Assembly (NCBI RefSeq): GCF_009914755.1
Contig: NC_060926.1
Origin: the human T2T-CHM13v2.0 reference genome, Homo sapiens
Strand: one strand, 5' to 3'
Length of the DNA: 64,000 bases
Positions 58,598 to 64,000 of the stretch are shown here, one piece after another. Each line of letters starts with the position of its first letter. Positions within the stretch are counted from its first letter, which is position 1. The position numbers and the translations under genes were made by a program. Under the pieces are notes generated by a model, which was not told the DNA's origin, ran no database searches, and worked only from the letters and a program-made list of their open reading frames with translations.

Positions 58598-59271
58598 ATA
58601 TTCCCAAGCTTTTAGGAACAACTGACATCTTTACAAGGCTAAATTATCCTATCAAAAATAAGAAAGGTCTTAAACATTTTTATGTCTTCTTATAGAGCTG
58701 TCAGTAAATTTTTAATATTTTCTTCACATAGGACATTTATTGCATGTTAACTATACTTCTGGATATTTTGTATTCTTTAGTAAAATTTTTATTTCTTTTA
58801 TTTTATAAATGGGAGAACAATGAGAAACTACTTTTTTGTATTTTTACATTTCAATCAGCTCTTCTAATAATTGTCTACTTTCTCATGGTTTTTCTAAGTA
58901 TTTTAAGGAGTTTTGCAGAGACTTATTATAAAATAGAAATACTTTTTCTTGTGTGCATTATTTTATTTTTAATTAATTTTTCATATTTAAAATAGAATTA
59001 TAAAATACTGTGGGAGAAAACAATAATAATTGTTCTTCTAACTTATTGGGGTTAATGCTGGAGTCTGTCCAAAATGTTATTTAAAATTTCTAAATATGAA
59101 ATTACACTACAGTTTTGTACTATTTAAAAATTAAAAATCATGTTTGTTTTGTAAAAATATATGAAAGAAATTTTTTAGTTTTCTATGATGACATACAGTT
59201 AAAATAGTATAGATATTTTCTATAGCTTGGTAATTTTTAATTTCCAGCTAGTAAAAACTACATTTTCTTGG

Positions 59272-60340
59272 TATTTTAAAACAGATTTATTGAAGTATAA
59301 ATTGACGTAAAATAAATAGCAGTGTTTATCCATTAGCCTGTGGATTGACACTGGCTTGTTTTCACATTTTGTCTATTATACATGTTAATGTTTGATAAAT
59401 TTGGGCAGTACACACATATATGTAGGTTATACATATATGTCTGTATATATGTGTATACACATGTGTGTATATACAGAGAAAAATTTCTCTGTGTATATAT
59501 GCATATAAGACAATAATCACAATAAAGATAATAAATATACCCATCACCCTTCAATATATCATTGTGTGTCTGTGTAAACCCTCTATCCTACCACCAGTCC
59601 TCACAAGACAATTGTTCTCCTTTCTGTCACTATAGATTTGTTTGCTTTTTCTAGACTTTCATAGAAATAAATAATTTTTCAACATGTACTCTGTCTTCTT
59701 TCATGTAGCATAATTATGTTGAGATTCATTCATCTTGTCTGTGTCACTAGCTCATTTCTTTATATTGCAGAGTAACATCCCATTACATGGATGTACCATG
59801 ATTTGTTTATCGCATAGCTTGTGACTGAATATTTGATATGTTTTTAGGTTGTAGGTATTATTATTATTATTATTTTTTTTTTTTGAGACAGAGTCTCACT
59901 CTGACACCATGCTGGATTGCAGTGGCATGATCACAGCTCACTGATGCCTCAACCTTCCAGGCTAAGGTGATTATCCCACATCAGCCTCCCCAGCCAATGG
60001 GACTACAGGCACATGCCACCACACCCAGCTATTACAGTTTTTGTATTTTTTGTAGAGACACGGTTTTGCCATGTTGCTCAAGCTGGTCTCAAACTCCTAA
60101 GCTGAAGTGATCCGCTCACTTCCACCCTCTTAAAGTGCTGGGATTATAGGCATGAGCCACTGTGCTTGGCCAGGTTTCAGGTATTAAAAATAAAACTGCT
60201 ATGAACATTTACTTACAAATATTTGTATAAACATATGCTTCTAATTTTCTTGGATGTGGAATATCTGGATCAGATGGTAGGTATATTTTTAATTTTTTAA
60301 GAAGCTGCTAAACTATTCTTCAAAGTGGGTCACCATATGG
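59272..60340 (-). mobile_element. L1MC/MD-like 3' end interrupted by AluJ
   Basis: ttttattgaagtataaattgac...tttctgtcactatagatt...aaaactgctatgaacattt. Confidence 0.8.
59861..60171 (-). mobile_element. AluJ, TSD aggtt(gt/tc)aggtatta
   Basis: gatcacagctcactg, aaactcctaagctgaagtgatcc; TSD copies at 59846-59860 and 60172-60186. Confidence 0.94.
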
Positions 60341-60923
60341 AATACAGTCTTACTAATTGTTATAATGCCTGCCCCTGCCCATTCTAACATCTGTGTCAGT
60401 TCTGGGTGGTTTTCAACTAATTCATTTATTTTCATTATAGATCATATTTTCCTGTTTCATCCCATACCTCATAATGTTTTATTAGATACCAGACATTGTA
60501 AACTTTATGTAATTGAGTGCTAAATATTTTTGTAACTTGTAAATAATCTTAAGCCTTGTTTGGGGAAGCAGTTTGATTCTTTTAAATCTAAGGCAATATT
60601 TAAATTTTAGTTTTATGTTCATTAGTCTTTGAGGGCTTATTCCTAGAAGATTATTTAGTTCACCGAGGATTTTCTTATTTCATAGATTTGAGTCTACATG
60701 TGGTTGTCTAATAAACTGTTCGTAACTTACAAAATATATGACAATGTCTTCTTTATTATTCTAACATGTTGTGTATGCAGGTTGCAAATTTGCCTGAACT
60801 ACTTTGCTCATGCGCAAGTTTCTCATTTGGTTTCTACAGGTTCCAAAAGTTAGAAAAAGGGGACAAATGGGTGTTTGAGACTAAATTTCTTCCATAGAGA
60901 CATATAGCAGTAATCCAGGATTC

Positions 60924-61075
60924 AACTAATCTTACAGTTATCTAGACATCAGAAACCTAGAGTGTTCCAATATAGTTGCGGGACTCAAAACCAAGCTCAG
61001 TTTCAATTTCAAAGTGCAGACTATAGTGTTCACTAGACTATTATGCACAATTTATTTAATCGTAGACTGTGTCTA
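60924..61075 (+). repeat. Copy 1 of an old ~150-bp local duplication (copy 2 at 63655-63803)
   Basis: Colinear shared blocks aatcttacagtta, ctaga.tgttcca.tatagttgc, ctcaaaaccaagc, tttcaaagt.cagacta, tttatttaa..gtaga.tgtgtcta. Confidence 0.85.
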
Positions 61076-61325
61076 TATTATATTTGTAGCAACTCCATAT
61101 ATTTGATTTACCACAATTTTATCAATTTGAAAACATAACTGTAGCGTTCATGTAGCTAATTTTTTAAAAGTCCTATAATGGTGACTTAGAGTTAAAGGAA
61201 GTTGAAGCATTTATGATAGCTACTTCTGAATTATAATCATTGATTAAATCATAATTAACCACTCCTTGAACTAAATATATCTCAATTATAGTATCTAAAC
61301 AGCTTTAGTTTATAGTTTAAAACCA

Positions 61326-61326
61326 A

Positions 61327-61376
<50 letters not shown>
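61326..61376. repeat. (CA)n microsatellite
   Basis: Direct reading. Confidence 0.98.
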
Positions 61377-61377
<1 letters not shown>

Positions 61378-61548
61378 TCTCTCTGTTTCTGTGTGTTTAT
61401 GTGTTAAGTATATACACATAAATATATATTTCCAAAATATATTGCAGCATGTTTTATTACAGACTCACATTTTACAGATATTTTCCCACTTTTCTTCAAT
61501 ATGCTTACTTACTAGATGTTTAATAGTTATTTTTAAATAACTATTTTT

Positions 61549-61714
61549 TTTTTACTTTAAGTGCATCACGTTTATTTTTTTAATTTTTTTATTATACTTT
61601 AAGTTCTAAGGTACATGTGCACAATGTGCAGGTTTGTTACATATGTATACATGTACCATGTTGGTGTGCTGCACCCATTAACTCATCATTTACATTAGGT
61701 ATATCGCCTAATGC
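61549..61714 (-). mobile_element. Very short L1PA4/5 3' end with 17-bp TSD
   Basis: TSD tttaaataactattttt at 61532-61548 and 61715-61731; body attatactttaagttc...cctaatgc. Confidence 0.96.
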
Positions 61715-63654
61715 TTTAAATAACTATTTTTAAATTAATTTTAGTAATCTTTTCAAAGAACCAATTTTTGGGTTAATTTTTAAATTTTTTCTGTTTTCAC
61801 TGTTTTTAGGTTCTGGAAATTTTATTTTTTGTCTTTGTGAATTCATTTCTCCTAGTAGTTTTCTTAGCCTTCTTGCATTGAATGCTTAATTTTACTATTT
61901 TTATTCTTTCATCCTTGAAAATAACATTTCAGGCTTTGTATTTTCTTCCAAGCACTTCTTTGCTTCTCTCACAGAAGTTTAAATATGTACTGTCTAATGG
62001 CGCTCTGTTTTTTCAAACAAGATTTGGAAAATACAAAGCTGATATGTTATCAATTTTGTTGCTACATTATTTATTTTTATAAAAGTGGTTACTTTTCTCA
62101 GTCTCAAATCTTCTCTTTAAGCTGCAAAATTAGTTTATAGACTTTATGCTATTTTTCTGAATGGTTTTCTCATTAGCTGACATCAATGACACCTAGACGT
62201 TTTTTACTCTACTAAAAATTTCATGTGTGGCTTCTCCTTGGTACCAGTAACTGTCCACTTGTAATCTGTTAGAAGGTCCGTTTAAAGCTTAAGCTGCAAG
62301 TCTGGCTAATGTAAATTTATGTTACCACTTGAGCAGTGAATCAGCTTAATTGGGAAGGGTGTCAGAGCTGTTGGCAGTCCAAGAGAAATTGATCTCTGTA
62401 TTTTTTTTTATTTTGTGTTTGATGAAGCTGGTTATTTTTCTTTCATAGCTTTTCTCTTAGTCTACTCGTTCTGCCAGCTCATTGCTGCATTTATCCCTCT
62501 CTGTTTCCTATGGCTTGCTGTAACAGCGGTGATCTCCAAATCCTCAGTCTTCCTACTTGTGTTTTCCACTGTGCTGTGTGGAATTGTAATTGATTACACC
62601 ATCAGGGACAGTGTATGTGGCCTGCTGCTTCGGTGACCCATGGGAGAAGCATGTCTCCTACCCTGACCTACAAATCTGGAGGTGTTTGAGGGTTTTTGCA
62701 ACGTGTTATCCCCCTGTTATCCAAGTATGCTGCTGTTTCTCAGTAAAGAAAGTTGTATGAATGTCCATAGCACAGTCTATAAACTGAACTATGTTTACGA
62801 CCACTGCTTTTTCCTTGAATTTTCTCAGAACTGGATGGCTACTTCCTCTAGTTTTCAGTATCCAATGAGGTATAGTCTTATGATTATGTCATGTAAATGG
62901 AAATCTTTTATTTTGGGATATGGAGCACATATGATAATAGGTATGCATGCACACCTTATCCACCTCCTGAAACACAAACCATGCTCTGGGTGTAAAGTAA
63001 TTGTTGTCCATGTCACGATTACTAAAATAATGCCAGCATTTGTAGAAACTAAAAAATGTAAAAAAGTGAAAAATATAAATGAAAACTTTCCTATTTTATT
63101 CCTATTATTCCCCCTAAACTATTACTGAAAAATGTGCCTACATTGGGTATTAGATATAAAACATTCTAGATTAATGTATTCATATAAAGAGAGAGTCTAT
63201 AGTCAGAAATATATTCCACTTATCAATGATATAGAATCATGATATTCCCATGTCACACATACAAATCTTTTTAACTTTTTTAAAAGCCTGCAAACACTTT
63301 ATCTTAGTGATATTTCTGTGTCAACAGTGAGGTGTCTATGTCAATATACTGCTGAATATTTTATTATATTGTGTATTACAAAAATTAAATTTATTTATGG
63401 CTATTTATGTAGTTCTCATTTATTTGTTTTAGTTTTGCTAGTACAAACAATGCTAAAAATTAATATCTTTGGATCTTTTATTTCTGTGTGTCCATCTGAG
63501 GATGGCTGAAATGTAAGTTGATAGAAATTACATATTTAAGTCAATGAATAATTAATTTTGTAATTTTGTTAGTTCTGACAAATTGATCTCAGAGTGTCAC
63601 ATAAGCAAAGATTTCCTGTATTACTTTTCCATTGTTGCCGTAAAAATTATGACA

Positions 63655-63803
63655 AACCAATCTTACAGTTAGCACAAGACGTCTAGAATGTTCCAGTATA
63701 GTTGCTGGATCTCAAAACCAAGCCTTGGTTTTATTTTCAAAGTACAGACTACTGGGTTTACTGGAATCATATATGCAGTTTATTTAAGAGTAGAATGTGT
63801 CTA
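63655..63803 (+). repeat. Copy 2 of the old local duplication
   Basis: Colinear with 60924-61075. Confidence 0.85.
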
Positions 63804-64000
63804 AATACATTATGCCTAAAATATTGACATGCTTAAAAAGATCATTTCTACCCAGAGATTATTTGGTTATTTTAAAATAATTAATCTAGTGCTTTTATTC
63901 TGCATTTTTACATAAATACCCTTAATACATCTCAACATTATCTTTAGTATAATAATTTAGACAACCAGAATATTTGCAGTCCCGTAACTACTGAAATATA

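Noticed and set aside
60810-60900. Strong acceptor-like ttctcatttggtttctacag|g
   Set aside because: No good paired donor and stops follow shortly.
62415-63128. Hydrophobic 73-aa ORF and 148-aa ORF
   Set aside because: Both start at GTG, hydrophobicity follows T-richness, and there is no known family similarity or promoter context.

Overview
AT-rich, CpG-poor primate (human-like) genomic DNA that looks like a gene desert or the inside of a very large intron. Roughly half or more is recognisable interspersed repeat: about ten Alus (J, S and Y), L1 fragments of many ages, MaLR LTRs (MLT1, MST, one full-length THE1C), two ERV1-class solo LTRs, a decayed ERVL integrase/dUTPase fragment, DNA transposon relics (Tigger4, MER5, MADE1), MIR/L2 and microsatellites. 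All long ORFs in the track are L1, Alu, THE1 or ERVL remnants or low-complexity noise. I see no intact multi-exon gene, RNA gene, CpG island or CRISPR array, and no convincing new biological system. The best functional candidate is a 27-nt, frame-preserving, CpG-retaining microexon at 34512-34538 (+; ITVEYRPSE in phase 0). Other points of interest are mechanistic: three 5'-inverted (twin-primed) L1s, nested insertions with readable TSDs, a probable 17-nt L1 3' transduction, templated hairpin insertions and an old ~150-bp local duplication. Subfamily names come from remembered consensus sequences, and boundaries of old repeats are approximate.
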